NCBI GenBank assembly: GCA_046563655.1 | Contig: CM102289.1 | Span: 9,982,001-10,046,000 of the forward strand | Direction: 5' to 3' | Source of the DNA: Yuukianura sp. NJ FZ-2021 | Taxonomy: Eukaryota | DNA: 64,000 nucleotides | Shown: one piece after another, positions 35,625 to 50,263 of the stretch | Numbering within the stretch: the first letter of the stretch is position 1 | How the letters are laid out: every line of letters starts with the position of its first letter | Program-made: the position numbers and the translations under genes | Notes under the pieces: model-generated | The model's input: only the letters and a program-made list of their open reading frames with translations | What the model was told of the DNA's origin: nothing | Databases searched by the model: none

Positions 35625-38600
35625 ACCCAATGGTAGATTTTAAATTAACCAATTGGAAAGAAGTCAAATGCAAGTAAAAGATAGACAAAGTAGTTTTAGT
35701 TTCCAAATGCCATTTCGTTTGAATTTGTCATCTCCACAGAATTAATGAAACTTAAAGTGGATTAGAACCTTCAATAAAAACCGATTTATATTTTTTCTAA
35801 ATCCAGGCATCACTGGTTTTAGTCGCAACAAGTTTTGCCCATGTGCAGCATCGTTCCGCCTCACTTGCTCCAGTTTCCAGGGAGAGATGAATTTTTGTTG
35901 TTTTGAATTGAGGATGACCAAGGCGTTACATTTGGTTGGTTGCGTGATGAATGGATCTTTGACAAGATTTTGCAAAGTCACCAAGTTCACTATAAATAAA
36001 AAGATCAACAGATCATTACTTGTGATCAATGATCTCTCATCGCGCATCTGGAGATCACTCTGCGCATGACATTTGGAAGGGGGCCCTTGAGTGTTGGTAG
36101 AATTGGAGTCCTATTAATTAGTCATGCACACACGAGGACTAACCTGGGCATAATTGAGGGGTGCCTTATTGGACAATTGTAGCATGCAACTGGAGCAGAT
36201 GGACTCATAATTGTGACAGTGACCCCGACGCCCTTCTACCTCAGCCAGGCCAGAGGTCAGGGGGCCCTTAAGGCTCTTCTATTACCTCAGCCATGTCAGA
36301 GGGTCCCTTAAGGGTGTCCACCCCCACTCAGACAGGTGTGTAAGGGCACAAGTAGCTAATGGCTTTCTGCACGTGCCATTCGCAATATAAATGTCAGACA
36401 GTTTTAGACGGAGGGGGATGAAATGAAGCTTAATCATTTTCTCCAGAAAAACTCCATTTCAAATGAATAATAAAAACTCTGTGGAGGAAATTTTGCAAAT
36501 TAGTGAAGTACAAATGTGAACTTTCTTGAGTAGTTAAACCGCGGTTTTAGGATTGGCGGTTATTGGATTGGCGGATATGACCTGCTACGGTTAAACCAAT
36601 TACAGCCTTTTCATTTTCAAACAACAAAGTAAAATGAAAAAGACTGAAGTTAAGGTGGAATCCATTCCAATGTTTGCTGCTTGTGCTTTCTCCCGGAAAA
36701 AGCATAATGAGGGGTGAGTTTTGTGCTGATGGAGGAAAGTTTTTATAGATCACTTGAGTTGTTACTACGTAAACAGGACGTGACATGGGTTAGGTGGGAG
36801 TTGCATTAACTAATCTCCAGTTTAGTAATACTCTAACTGTCTTTTAATTTATTGTTTCTTAGACTATTTGAACATAGTTACTCCCTTTGTATGGACATGA
36901 AAGGCTTGGACCATGGTCAAATAATGTGTGATTAGGAGAGGACAGAGGATGGGTCATGTTGTGATCAAAAGAAAGTTGTTCTTTCATCATTTCCTTTGAC
37001 CCACCTAAACTCAAAATTACACTCATCTCCTTCTGGACATGCACAACTCTCAAATTCAGCATCGCAAGAAGGAAAGTTGAAATTGGAGAAAGCGTGCTTT
37101 CCCCTGGACGCCGTTTCCTTTTGCCTTGATCAGACAATAGTGACAGGAGGGAATGGGTGAAAGGAGGATTTGTGTGACAAACGATGGGTCATCTCTTGCA
37201 CAGACTCATGAGAATATTCCTACTCTTCCGCCTTCGTCTGGAGCGATATGCCTCATTAGATGGAAAAAATGAGCTGTCACTTAAAAGTCTGGAAGATCAG
37301 AATTGTTGTAGGCGATGTTCTGGGATTGACCCACGATCAGCCCAATCCTAACCAACCTAATGAGCTCTTTATGCCCACAAAATCTCTCAAACACCAAAAA
37401 AAGAAAGTTTTGGGATTTCAGGGTCCATGGCAGCAGTTCCCCTAGCTTTTGATATGAGTCAATTCTTGTAAAAATGTGACGAGGGACTGGGAACAGGGAA
37501 ACTCATTTATCCGCTGTCTCTGGCGCTTCCGTTTAACGAAGCAGCGGCTATCGCTTCGTTTTTCAGCGATTAATAACTGTAACTGGAGGGCTTCCGAGTT
37601 GTCATTTGCTTCTCATTTTGGATTTTTATAAGTTAAGACTCAAAAAATATTATGGTATTTTGTGTATTTCCACAAAAGTGGGAGTGGACTAACAAATTGG
37701 AGTTGGTTTTACGACTTTTGTTAATGGCTGAAGTGTCTCCTGGAGACAATGGGATAATTAGCACAGGACCAACTTTGCAAATTACTTTTGAAACTCCCCT
37801 TCAAATCTTCATTTCGGATGCAAATCCAGTCCAAATTAAAACTCGCTCTTGGGCACGCACTGCATTTGGTTTTGGTGGTGAGACTTATTAGTTTTTAGCG
37901 TGTGCCGTTCCATCCCTTGCTTTTGCGAAACTCGGAAGATGCAGAGTGAAAGTCATTACGTTTGGATTTTGTAGAGGAATTTGGCAGAGGGGTTGCAATT
38001 TGCAAAAGAGGGAGAATTCAATCTTTGTTTTAATGCGCTCATAAACTCGGATTACAAGTGTGAAACTTTTTAGCCGCCTCCAGTGCGAACAGCACATTTA
38101 ATTACAACGAAACTCGTAAAATCACAATTTCCAAGAGTTTTTTTTAAGAAATCGCGTGCTCCCAATATTGAAATTCTCTGTCGTAATTTTTCTTTTCAAA
38201 TTAACTTTTTACGACGGAAATCTTAAAATTACTACTCCAATGACGTAACCCCTGAATCCAAATGTCCAAAATTTTGAATTTTTTAAATTTTGTGAACGGG
38301 CCTTGAGGTTTATTCAGAGTACAGAAGTAGTCTGTTAACCGCCTCATTAACTTGTGTTTATGTTTCTGTGAAGACTTTGCATAGACTCATCCTTTTGTTT
38401 AGACGACAGACAGGCACTTCAAAAGCTTCCACTTTTTAGAAAAAACAAAATCCAGTCTTTTGAAAAGCCCAAAAACAACAAAGAGAGCAGCCGAAATCCT
38501 GCCAGTGTCAAAAGACGCTGCATTCAAATCCCTATTTTTGTTTTTACAGAGATCATCTTCATCGCGACGCTCAAGTCCACTTTATCTTTTTTAAAAATTC

Positions 38601-41600
38601 AAATAGCCCTCCACTGTTCGATGACTTTTTTAAATTTTGTCATCTCTTGCCTTGAGGTCGTTGGACAAAATATCGGACCGGCACTTTTTATTATGCGGAG
38701 TGAATAGGGCGTAGTTCCTGGGAAAAAAACCGGGCATGAGGAACTTGAATCTTTTGAAAAGTTTTTTAAAAATGCATTTTAAAAATGGTGTTCTGAGCTC
38801 GTAATGTGTGTTTCGACATTTCCAGTTGTCATAATCAGGTTCTGTTTGAACGGAAAGAACATTAGCAACGCTCACCACTACGAAAAACAACAGTCCCCTG
38901 CCCTCCTGTATTATTTTCTGATTTTTAAAATTTGTTTAAAAAAGACGTTTTACTGGGCTTATCCATCATTTCTTTTTGAAAAGGCACAATACAAACATTG
39001 GTTTGAGACAACGCAAAGGCTATTTACTGTGTCGAAATTGAAACGGGATACTTTATTGCCCTTCTCTCAAACTAAGCATCACCTTTTCTAAATGTTTTGT
39101 TTTACTTTCGAACGCAATTTTTATAAATTTATACTTTTTAGAAGCATTTTAAATACACAACGGATCAAAGTTGTTAAGCACTTCTACCAGTGCTTCCTTT
39201 TTCAAACGCCGTTTAGTTTTGACAAAAAATTATTACTTTTGAACAAATGGTTTAGAAAATCTTAGTTTCCGTGACACTTCTCGATATCCTATTTTGCAAC
39301 AAAATGCGAAAAAGCTTAACTGGAAAGCCCGAAAGCCAGAAAATTTTCAGAATGTTGCAAAAAAAATATGATAAGGGTTTTGTTACTACGTTTTACCATC
39401 GCCTCCCTTTACAGAATTTCGCATTAAATTTTAAGTCACCACAAATTCGGAATTTAGTGTAATATTTTTTTCACAGTTGACATAAAAGTCTGTCATGCGG
39501 AAGGTTGGCAGTAACTTCCCTCGACTAATCTGCCTGGTTACAAAGATAAATTGAACTTTGGCGCAATAAACTCTAACTTCATTTTGCAAAATCCATAATT
39601 CAGTATGACCAAAGTCACATTTTGCACACAAACTTTCTCCCCTCCCTTAGAATCCGCAATGTCTTGACCGTTGATCTCAATTTGCGATAGCTTTGCCAAT
39701 TTTTTTTGGCAACTTTCTGTTCCCATGGGGAACATAGAAATAAAAATTTGAATTTGAATCTCCCTCCTAGTCGTTGCCATTTCCCAAATTTTGCACGGAT
39801 CCTAAAAATGTAACTAGTTTTTCCAAAAGTTTTTTTTTCCTTTGTCACTTTCTGCACAACTTTTGATGTGTTCAACAAAACTAAAATGGCAAAATCCAAC
39901 TCATCGCATTTTGGCAACAGTCTGGATCCTCCGATGCCAGAATTTTTTAGCAGTAAAACGTAAAAAATCATGACCGGTTTGCAATAAAGTCGTGAGAAAA
40001 GGTGTTGCAAATTCAAAGTTTAGCTCTGCAACATTTGGCACACAAGCGATCTCGTGAGAATTTAAGCGCAACTAATCTTGCATTGTGCAATACAGAGTTT
40101 CACAATAATTTTTAAAAAGTTTGAAAATGTTCAGAACAGATTGACAGGATTGCCAAATCCATTGTTCAATTAACCACTTTCTAAGAAGTCTCACCTTTCA
40201 CTTCCTATCTCTCCATCAACATCTAAACGGAAGTGTAAAAATGCTAAACTGGAAAAGATGAATAGTTGTTACTTTTTAGTTGAGTGCATTACTATTTAGT
40301 AGTTTTTAAAAGTGTTAATCTCCGTTGCTCAGATTAGATGGGATGATGGTCAATTGTGGTCCACTGGGATTGTTAAGAAGGTGTGAAAAAAAGATTGTTG
40401 CTTCATCAAATTGAATTCGTCTGTCAATCACACTGTGGGTTTAGTTCATTTTGATTTTTAGAAGAGACTCACTTGGAGATGGAGTTGTGAATAAGTGTTG
40501 CATGGATTCGGATCCGAAGACGTGACAGTCTTTGTGTCACTGTCATGACCACTTCAACTGCGCTTTATGAAGTTCAATTTTTAATTTACTTTTGAATTTT
40601 GTGTTATTAGATCCCACACAATTCTTATTACATCACAATTAACCTAATAGACAAGTCCGTTGACAGCCTCGACCAAGAAAAACTTCATGCGATTGCGCAA
40701 CATCAACTACGTTGCACAGATTTTAGCAATTTGTTATCTCAACATATTTAGTTGATGTGATACAAATTGTGTCTAAATTTCTAAAAATTAAGCGTGGGAA
40801 CTTTCTCCTCCGTTTGTGATTTATGATTTTTATGACTTTTTGAATTTTAGATCATATGCTTGTGGCGTTTTCTGCTCCCATTGACCCCGTCTAACTTTGA
40901 AAGTGAGTAATGTTATTAATTGGGTGAATCCGCAAGTAGAGGGCCCTTCAAGTGACCCCGAGATGTCAATTGGCAGACACTGAAACAAAAGAAAGTTTGG
41001 ACTTAAAAGTTTGGTCACGTCCAGTGGAGAGACGGTGGTTGAAGGGCCATTATCCATCCACATGCAGAACACAATTTATTTCTATCAACCAAAAACTAAC
41101 AATTACAAACACCCACTTTCATCTGCATTGTCCAACAAAACTCCCCTCAACAAAAACCCGCTTTTTGTACTTTTTAGTTTGAGACTTTTCGGATGGACTG
41201 AAAAGCAGACAGTCCATTTATCACGCCTGGACTCTTGTGTACGAAATGATTTATTCCTCCACTCCTCGTCAACACTAACAAAGTGGATGTCTTGTTTCAC
41301 TACTTTAACTTCATTTTGATTTCCTGAAATTAGGGGCTATTAAATTCAAATCCTCGTTTGTTAACAGACGTAGTTTTTACTAAAAACTGAACTTGGCAAA
41401 ACTCCATTTTCCAAATCAGGTTTCTTCACTCTCTTAGAATTTAAAGTGATGAAAATTTATTAAAAATGCATAGTACAACAGTACAAGTTGTGTTGAAGTA
41501 TGTAGTACTTGTAATGGAGACATTTTAAATTTTGAATAGAAAAAGAGAAAAGCACTTTCTCTTATCCTTGTCAATCTGTCACTTATCAAATCTATCATCT

Positions 41601-44600
41601 TCACAATCCACAAAAATCATACAGAATCCAGTCAAAATAATATTTACACAAGACAAAGTGGAGGATTGGGCAAGGGGGCTCGTTCAAAATCTAAAGCTGT
41701 TTTAGAATTTAAAAAACTTGTACTTTTAGCAACATTTTCCTCTAAAAGTAAAAATGTGGTGGTCATGAGCTTACAAATTCCAGAAGGGGTAGAGAGTCCT
41801 GCGCATAAACTAACAAATATAGTCATTATTCATCTCTCACGGGAGCCCTTTGTCAAGGGCCCACTGGACGACAAAGGGTCAAATTAAAGGACTTCATTGC
41901 GCCGATGTGGAAATACAAACAGAAGACTGGAAACTAATCCAGCAGGAAATCCAAGAGGCTTATTTACAACTTTCCAATAAAAATCAAAGTCTTTTCAAAC
42001 TATTCAAAATAAAAATTATTTTAAAAAACAAACTTTCAGTTTTTTAGTGTTTTATGAAAAAATGTTGAAAACCGGTAGCCATTAAAGGCTGGAAGCAGCA
42101 GGAGAGGTAAGTTTTGGATTCTATTGTTAGAGTGAAGTTCACAAGTGCAAACTTAAGGCGTTTCCCACACCACACGACGGGGAGTCTAACCAAAAAGTCA
42201 AAGCAAAACCATTTACTACTTTTCATTTTTTAAACTCAGATATAAAAAAGATTCAGTTTTAATGGATTTCTGGATCTCTCTACTTTTTAAGGGCCCACCG
42301 AAGTCCTAATGCAAAGATGCAACATTTGAGGAAGATGATAATCTGCACAGGAGGAGATTCACGCAATGCAGTTACGATCAAAATCAAATCCAATACTGTT
42401 CCATCCCACCCCAAAATCTTCTTTCTCTTTGCAATTTAGTAATAAAATTTGAAGGTTTTTAGTTTAGTAAAAAAGAAGTAAGGGTTCCGTCCCATTCCAT
42501 TAAAAAGCGAAGGGAGGAGGTTCGGAATAAAAGTGGAATGAATTCTAATAAAAAGTTAAGAAAGATGCATTGTCTCATTTTGAAATCTGGGAGACATAAA
42601 TGTCACAATTCGGTTTCCAATCAAAATCGGGTTTTCTCAGGCTTTTTAAAAGAAGATTCGAAATTTAATGTGTTTCAGAGGGTTGATCCAAGGAGAGAAA
42701 GGTGTGTGAAATGAAACATTAAATTTAGCGGCCTACAAAAATGAAAAGTCAACGGAATCCGTTTCCCTTTAAAACAACGGTGAAATTGAACTATAAAATG
42801 CTAACACAGTTAGTTTTAAAATTTAAAATTTGAATTTGTCAGTGACTTGAATCATTAGCAATCTGTGTTTGAGGTGCCGATGAGTCACACAAAACAAACT
42901 CGTGTTTCCATTGGACATCGCTTGGAGTTTTAGTTCAGATGTGTCATCCAGGTGACTCAAAATGTTAAGTACTTTTAGTTCATTTTTTCACTTCCAGTTA
43001 CACTATTCATTTTGAAACTTTCGTTTGGATTTTGGTGTAACCGTTGAGCGTAGCTTGTTCTATTCGCTTCGGTTTTTAATCATTGAGAAATTAAAAATCC
43101 AAAGTAAATGGATACTTGGATTCAAAGGTGAAAACACAAAGGACTTCGAGAGTGACAGAGAAGTGAAAGAATGACAGTACTTAAGGGACCCCTTCAAGTC
43201 TAAATGGTCACTCACACAAAAGTCTCTCACCGTGAAGAAATCAATTTACAACACTACTTTTTGACAACTCCGAGTCACTTCAGATTTCCGAAAACTGGTT
43301 TTTCGGTTTTTGTTTTAAAGGGAGGGGGCCCTTGGCCTCATTTGACTTTTATTTTTTGTTCCTACGGTCATTAACTGTTTTCCATCACTCTATTGTCCCT
43401 TAATAGGCCCACTTTTTAGACTTTCTCAGGAAATGAACTCTTTTGAACAAGAAGAGATTCAGAACGTTAAATAAATTAATTACCCCGTGCTCCACGCCAT
43501 TCACTTTCTTTTTCAAAGTCAAAAGAGGAAAAGTTATGAATAAAACACAAAAATCAAACGAGTCAAAATAAAAATGAAATTCCGAGGCAGCTGAAATTTC
43601 AAACAGTTTTTGAGGCCCTTCGTTGTTGACCACTGGAAGTGACCTGGGCCCTTGGGTACCCTTGGAAGTTGGGACCCTGTTAATGACATAATTTCCCTGC
43701 AAAGGGCTCCTGTAAGGGCTCCTCCGTGTTGTGATGTAGTCACTTTTTGTTCCTTTGAGACTAAAAATACATGAATTTTTAATTCTGCTCAACCCCTCCA
43801 CTCTGCCTTTCATCTTTTGTGCAAAGTGACTTTAGGCGACGATGAGCTCATTAGACCCGCATTTTTCTCACTGAGGAGCCCTTCAAGGGCCTTCGACCTC
43901 CAACATCAACTCACTTTTTGACGGTAGAATCCCATTAGTTTCACAGTGTTCACTTGGAGATTTGTTAAATGGATCCTGCTACCGTTTGTTCCCAAAACAG
44001 GTTTGGATTCACTCAATTTTGGATAATTCAAGTACTGGCCTGGGGAAATCTATCATTAAAACACAATTTTTTCATCTTGAGACGAAGCTTTTCTTCCCTA
44101 ATTCCACTCGTAACTGCTTTCTTCTCAGCCGAAACAGTGGCAGTTCTTGTTAAAATTCAAAAAACGAGATGTCTTTTGTGTTTACTTTTGAGTGTCTTTT
44201 CCCGCGTCCAATTCCTTTTTAGTATTTTTGAATATGAACAGACCACCGTCAGTTACTTTTAATTTATTAGCTCAAGTGGGGCCTTTACAGTTTCAAGGAG
44301 CCCTTACAAGGGGGCCCTTAACAGCCGTAACGCAGTTTGCAAAACTCGTCCAAAGTTTTAAGCAGAGGGAACGCTACAAACATTTTTACAAAACAAATTT
44401 TGAAAGTTGAAGCGGCTTTTGAAAAATTGTGTTTTTGAGAAATGTGGCGATGTGATCTACGACTGGAGATGAATTATCACACTGTTTTACCGCATTTCTG
44501 GAGCATATGGTTCAAATTGATGATGACGAATAAGTTACTAAAAAGTGAAAGCGATGCAACTATGTTTCAAATTTTGAATTTTTTAAAGAGGAACCTTATT

Positions 44601-47600
44601 TTCGTTTCCGGATGCCACGGGAAGCGTATCTCATCGATTGCGATCCAGTGAAGAGTAGAGTTCCATCATTGGCCACTTGGAAGATGAAGATCATCTCATG
44701 ATTCATCTCCGAATTTAAACCACCAAATTCAAAATTGATCTACTTTTGATGTTCGGTGGAGCGTGGTGGGGCACGAGCCACATGTCCTGATCACCTCTGA
44801 TTACAACTATCACTTTATGCTATGAATTTCAAAATGTTAAACAATCTCCCTTCATCACCTTATCTGATCTTAATTTTCCACTACTTTCCACTCCACCTGC
44901 AATAACCAGATCAAATCTACTCTTTTCCGGAAGTCAACATTAAATATGCACTGCTCCAATGACAGCAACACACGCGCCCATTAAACACACAGGTGATTTT
45001 TAAGTGGAAACTCTGCAACTTTTAAATTAAAGTTACACTTTTTAGCAATTTCTGAAACAAAGTGTAACTTGTGTTGCATGGTTGGGTGAAGATGAGTGAA
45101 AGCACTTTCCACTTTACAAATCTAAATTAGAGTCTTGGAGTGATAAGGAAGAGGGTGTTGGCAGTGTCATTTCAAATCTTCCTTCCAAGTCCCCTGGCCC
45201 CTTAAGTCCTTCAACACATGGAGAACCGAGAAAAAGGGAATTAGTCACACTTTGAGCAAAGTTGTAAATCTTTTGGGTTTTTCAAGACCAGTCAAAAGTC
45301 GGATTTCCTCAGAATTCAATTATCTACAAACCTATTTTTCAAAATTTCTATTTTTCAAATCCAAACCATCTGACCTACAAAATGGGGGTGGCAGTGTTTC
45401 TTGTTTTCAAAATTTGAAACCGACTTTGACAAAAACAGTTTTTGAACAATTTCAAAATTTTAGACTCTTCTCCTCCATTTGAAAAAATTGTTCTAAGGGA
45501 CTTGTGAAATTGCTGAAAGTGCCTGAGAAAATGGAGGGTTGTGTTTCCCAGTTAAGCGGAGGTTTTAATCGCTCTGTTTGAAACACAATGGGTTTAGAAT
45601 TTAAATAGAAGTAGAATAATGTTGGTGCATAAAAATGACACTTGTTGAGAGTAGAAAGTGACGAGAGATGTAAAATTTCACCCCTGTCCCACGCTACCAT
45701 CCTCCGAAAACATCAAACAGAATTGGAATCAATTGAAACTGAACTGAAACATTCAAAATTGCATCACTTTTCCATCGCTCAAAATCTGTTTTAATCCTGG
45801 GAAGAGTTGGACACAAAGAGAAATCCAAACTTTTGTTGATGTGAGAAAGTAACCTGCTTTGAAGGGATTGCGATGCAACTCAGAATTGCAAAACACCTGA
45901 ACATTTGAGTTTGATGATTTAGAGATTCAAGGTGGTTTGATTAAAAAGTGGACAATGGATTCAGGTTGGGCGATTAGAAACACTCTTGTGCAACACTGTC
46001 TTTCTCAGGCTCTTTTTAGCAGAATGTGAATAGGGTGAAAGTGTAGGGTGAAATTTAGAAGAGTTGAATGTTTGACAATTCCTGTCGACAAGTTGGGTCG
46101 ATGTGTCCAAATTGTGGGAACTTTTAACATTGCGTCACTTGGGTCAAAGGCTGATGCTAAAGTTTAAGAGTTGAATAGAAAGTGGCTCTTTTGTTTGTTG
46201 TCCGAGGGGAAGCACAATCCAATACACCGTGAAACTTTTTTTCAAAATTCAAAAGTCCGAGAATTGATGCAAGGCCAGGTGGGTTTCAAAAACGAAATTT
46301 CATGGGCTTCTATTCACTTTTGAAAATTTTGAAGGATTTGAATTTTTATTTTGAGATTGAAATGTTGGTGAGAAGCATTGATTTCATTCTTGAGCTGAAC
46401 AGGTTTTGCAACCATGATGGCTGCTGCATGTCTCCTGATTGTCTTTTAATTGGAACCTCCAGAGAAACATGCAAAGGCGACATTTTCTGAATGTCTCTGC
46501 TACGCCTTCCTGCCTGGGCTGTTGGTCACTTAAGTACTTTTTAATGCCAAGTTGCAGTTCAAGACGCACTTCCTTGGAGGCAATCTATTAATACTAATGA
46601 AAACAGAAGTGAAAGGTAATTCCGGAATGGCATAGCTGCAAATTCATTTGTTTACTCTCATGTTCTTTAGCCAAGTGAGATTTTGGTAAAAAAAAACTCT
46701 CTACAGTGAATTTTCCTAATTTATGAGAAATTTAAAAAATTTCATAAAATTGTTTTTTTTTTAAACAGCAACCTTCTACTAACTTTGTAAGGTATTACTC
46801 TTGGAAAAAAGTCGTGGTTAGGCTAACTTGAACGGCGAAGTCCCAGCGAGCATGCGTAAAATCCTGGTTTCAAAATTAAAAAAAAAAAAAAGAAGGGCGT
46901 CGTATCTGTGTTTAAGGGTTATCGTTTCCTGAACTGTACGCGCGCGTGTAGACCTTGATAAAATTATATAGTAAAACACTAAGGAAATTATGACTTTGTC
47001 CAGTCACTTCAACTTGTCATTTCAACTCCAAAATCTCATCTTCGACATTTGACAAAAAAGTACTACTTTTTTGTATTTTGAAAAAAAAAAGTTGTTTCTT
47101 GTGCCCCAGCCTTAAAAAATGGAAGACATATAATACAGTGGATATCTAATTACGAGGGTCCATTATTCTCAAAAGGAGCCTTGAAGGCTCATTTCGGATA
47201 CATTTACAGTTTTCTAAACCCAGCATCTTAATTTCTACCGAAAACTTACTTTTTTGTCTCAACTGTTGTTAAATGTTGTTCGAGGTTAATCTGAGCCCTT
47301 GATCAAGTTTCAACAGAATAATTTTGAGTTTGGAGGGTGAAAGGTTACGGAGGGAGGGGACCCTTGATGTAGCCCTGAAAGATCTGGGCATGATGAATGT
47401 TTGTGTGTTGATGATGAGTGGATCCTTCTTAATTTACTCCAAGTAAGTCTTGTGTTTTGTTAAAAATTAAATCCTATTTTTACACAATTCATCACCCCAA
47501 GGGCGGCTCCCTGGAGTGGTTTTAACTTTTAAATTTTCTGACAACTTCGTGACCATGTTGTGTAAGTCACCCTGTGTTGATGCTGGAGCCCTTAGAGATG

Positions 47601-50136
47601 CTGGACGAGTGACAGGAGTGACTTTTAATCATTTGAGCCTCCAGGGCTCCAACAGTAGCTGACAAGGGAGCCTCGTGGTCACACTTAATTTGAGCAAGAG
47701 GTGTCGATGACCTCAACTGAGATGAGCACAACCAAAAGTGATTTTCATTAAAGTTGCAAGATTTGCAACTTCCAAGATGATCCTGTTAAAAAGCAGAACA
47801 ATGGCAGTTGGACGTGTTGCTTGCGTGTCTGTTAAAAGTTGAGCGTCGGTTGTGCCTGGGGGTGTCGTTTTACAACTTTTTGTTGTGGTGGTTGTAGTAA
47901 AATGGTCGGGTCCAAGAGAAGAGACGTAGTAAGGGGTGTCTGGAGGAGACTTAAGGGTCCCCTCTTGTTTCTTAAGGATGGGGTTGTTCTTGAGTCCATC
48001 GTAAAGTGCGTGGCAACAGCTGAGCCTGGGAGTTTCCTAAAAATAAAAACCTGTTCCTAGGCTGCAATAAATCATCGCAGCCTCTTCGTAAGTCCAAAGT
48101 CTCCTCCAAGAAGTAGCGTTTAAAAAAAAGTGAGTTTTTTTTCTTCTGGGTGGAAGACCCTGAACTTGGAGAGAGCTCAAAGCTGCTCCTTGTAGCAAAA
48201 TAAATAAATCTGGAAAAAAGTGGAGCCAAGGGCCCTTTTTTGTCCCTCTGCTGATCCAAAAGTGATAAGTTCAAGTGCTTTTCAACTTTCCTAAAAGCAC
48301 AAAAACTTGATCATACGAGTAGGGATGAGGACGTGGTGTACTGTGATCCCAGGGTCACGCAGCCTTCCACAAAAGGTCAAACACAGCTTGCTTCCTTAAG
48401 ACTTCTTTTTTTTTCCAGTTTTCAATTTCAACAAAAAATTTCAAGTCCAAAATTGTCCAGCAACTAAAAATTTATAATTTCAAAATTGTAATTTTGCTAC
48501 TTTTTATGAAAACTACGCAAAAACACGAAAGGGCTTCCTGAAAATTAATCCAGTCCTAAAATTGTCCAGTTTTTGTGCCACTTTGTGCATAATGTTTATA
48601 ACTTCCGTCTTAACTTTTAAAAAAAGAACACAAAGGAGAGATTTGTTTTGGTGCATGATTAAATAAGAAGATGGGGGATGGAGAGACACTTTTAAATCCA
48701 AATGTAAACACACTTGCTTCTGCATGTTTGTCCTCAGAGATGACATGGAACACAAAAAAAAGTCGTGAGGATGAGGGGAGATTTGTGTTGTAAAAAGCAA
48801 CCTGTGCTCTCAAATTGAAATTGAAGTTGGGCAGGAGAATAATCAAATTTGGAAAACGTCGCTTCCTTAAACTTTGACTAAAAACAGGGATCCCTTGGCG
48901 TTTCGTATTGAGAAATTGGTCATAATGGGCTGTTGTTCGTGTGGCCATTAAGTCCAAGGTCCCTTGGAAAAATACAGAGGCCCTTAAAGGCCTCTCCCCA
49001 CCTGTTCCTCGTCTTGGATCTTTACGTTTGCAGACAGTGGATTCGTGTTGACGAATCAGCTGGAGGGATTTTCCAACCAGGCTTTCGTTTTTTTGTGGCT
49101 CCAAGATTCAAAAGGAACCAAACAATAGACGCTCTGCAAAGAAGATGAAAAAATCAAAGCTCTAAAGTTCATTATTCCCACTTTTTTTAGTGCAGAAGAG
49201 CTTAAGAGTTGGAGACTTGTTGGCTAGCTCAACGCCCACGCAATCCCTTCAAGGCCTCGCTCCGTCTTGATTTCAGGGTCCCCCATTTTGTTTAAACTGC
49301 ACACTGCTCACACACTTCCCTTCAAGTACCCATCTTCTGGAATAGACATGACAGGTTGCCTGTCAGGATTTAAACCAGAGACCCTTAAAGGGTCTGCCAA
49401 GGGTCTCCCTTCCCTTTTGAGGGTGAGTGAGCATAACCCCATTTTATCACTCATCCTTTGTTTCTAATTTCTAAACCATCTCTGTCACTAATCCCCACAT
49501 CCATACTCTACGGCACTCATGTGCCAAATTTAAAATTTAAAAATCTATTTCACGAAGTTTTGCAAATCTTTTAAAAAAAAAGTTGAAATGCGAGTAGGGG
49601 GTAATGTGTTCCAATGCATAATTTGAAATTTACAACAAATGAGTCATTAGGAATTAGAAAAATAGATTGGCGAGGAGCCAAATGACACAAGATGCTACCA
49701 ACCACCACTCTCAAGATTAATCTTCTTTTGACATTTGACAACACTTCAACTTCCAACTACGCATCTTCCGTTTTTTCTTTGAGGAAGCAATTCCCACATC
49801 TTGTCCAAATTTTTAAACAAGGGGAGCCATGTAGCATCCTATTTTTAACTTCAAGGAACATCTTCTTCGGCTTCTTAATTACTCAATTTTGACTTTCGGA
49901 ATTTTTAAAGTTGAAAATTGTGATGAGAGATCGGAGCTAGGAAAAACAGAATTTATGTCGGAAAGGTTTTTCGGCTTTGAAGTTGATGAACTTCTGAACA
50001 AATTAATTGAATTAATGTAAGCATTTGAACAAAAACAGGGCAACAGTTAATTTGATATTGTGAAGTTAATTGAAAATAAACCGGTTGTAAACCGCCCATA
50101 ATGATAATAGCGAAGCAATAGGCCCCCCGAAGGGGG

Positions 50137-50261
50137 TTTGTTCCCCCCACTTTCCCGCTCCCCCCCCCCGGGGGAGTGGGGATGTGTTTCCCCCACTTTC
50201 CCGCCCCCCCCCCCGGGGAGTAGGAGTGTGTTCCCCCACTCTCCCGCCCCCCCCAGGGGGT
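50137..50261. repeat. Three ~43-bp C-tract-rich tandem units (G-rich on the minus strand)
   Basis: Repeated GTTCCCCCACTTTCCCGC(C)nGGGG(AGT) units. Confidence 0.8.
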
Positions 50262-50263
50262 GT

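Noticed and set aside
34762..35677. Several 104-150 aa ORFs in alternative frames and on the antisense strand
   Set aside because: These are shadow frames of the repetitive Ser/Gly/Trp coding exon.
46384..46590. Protein-like GC-richer stretch (IASKEVRLELQLGIKKYLSDQQPRQ...)
   Set aside because: I could not join it to other exons or recognise a family; it may be a pseudogene or TE fragment but this is unsupported.
48738..48952. Possible spliced mini-ORF MTWNTKKSREDEGRFVL|DPLAFRIEKLVIMGCCSCGH, and the opposite-strand 164-aa ORF 48610-49104
   Set aside because: Splice sites are plausible, but there is no signal peptide, recognisable domain or linked upstream exon; both are compatible with chance.
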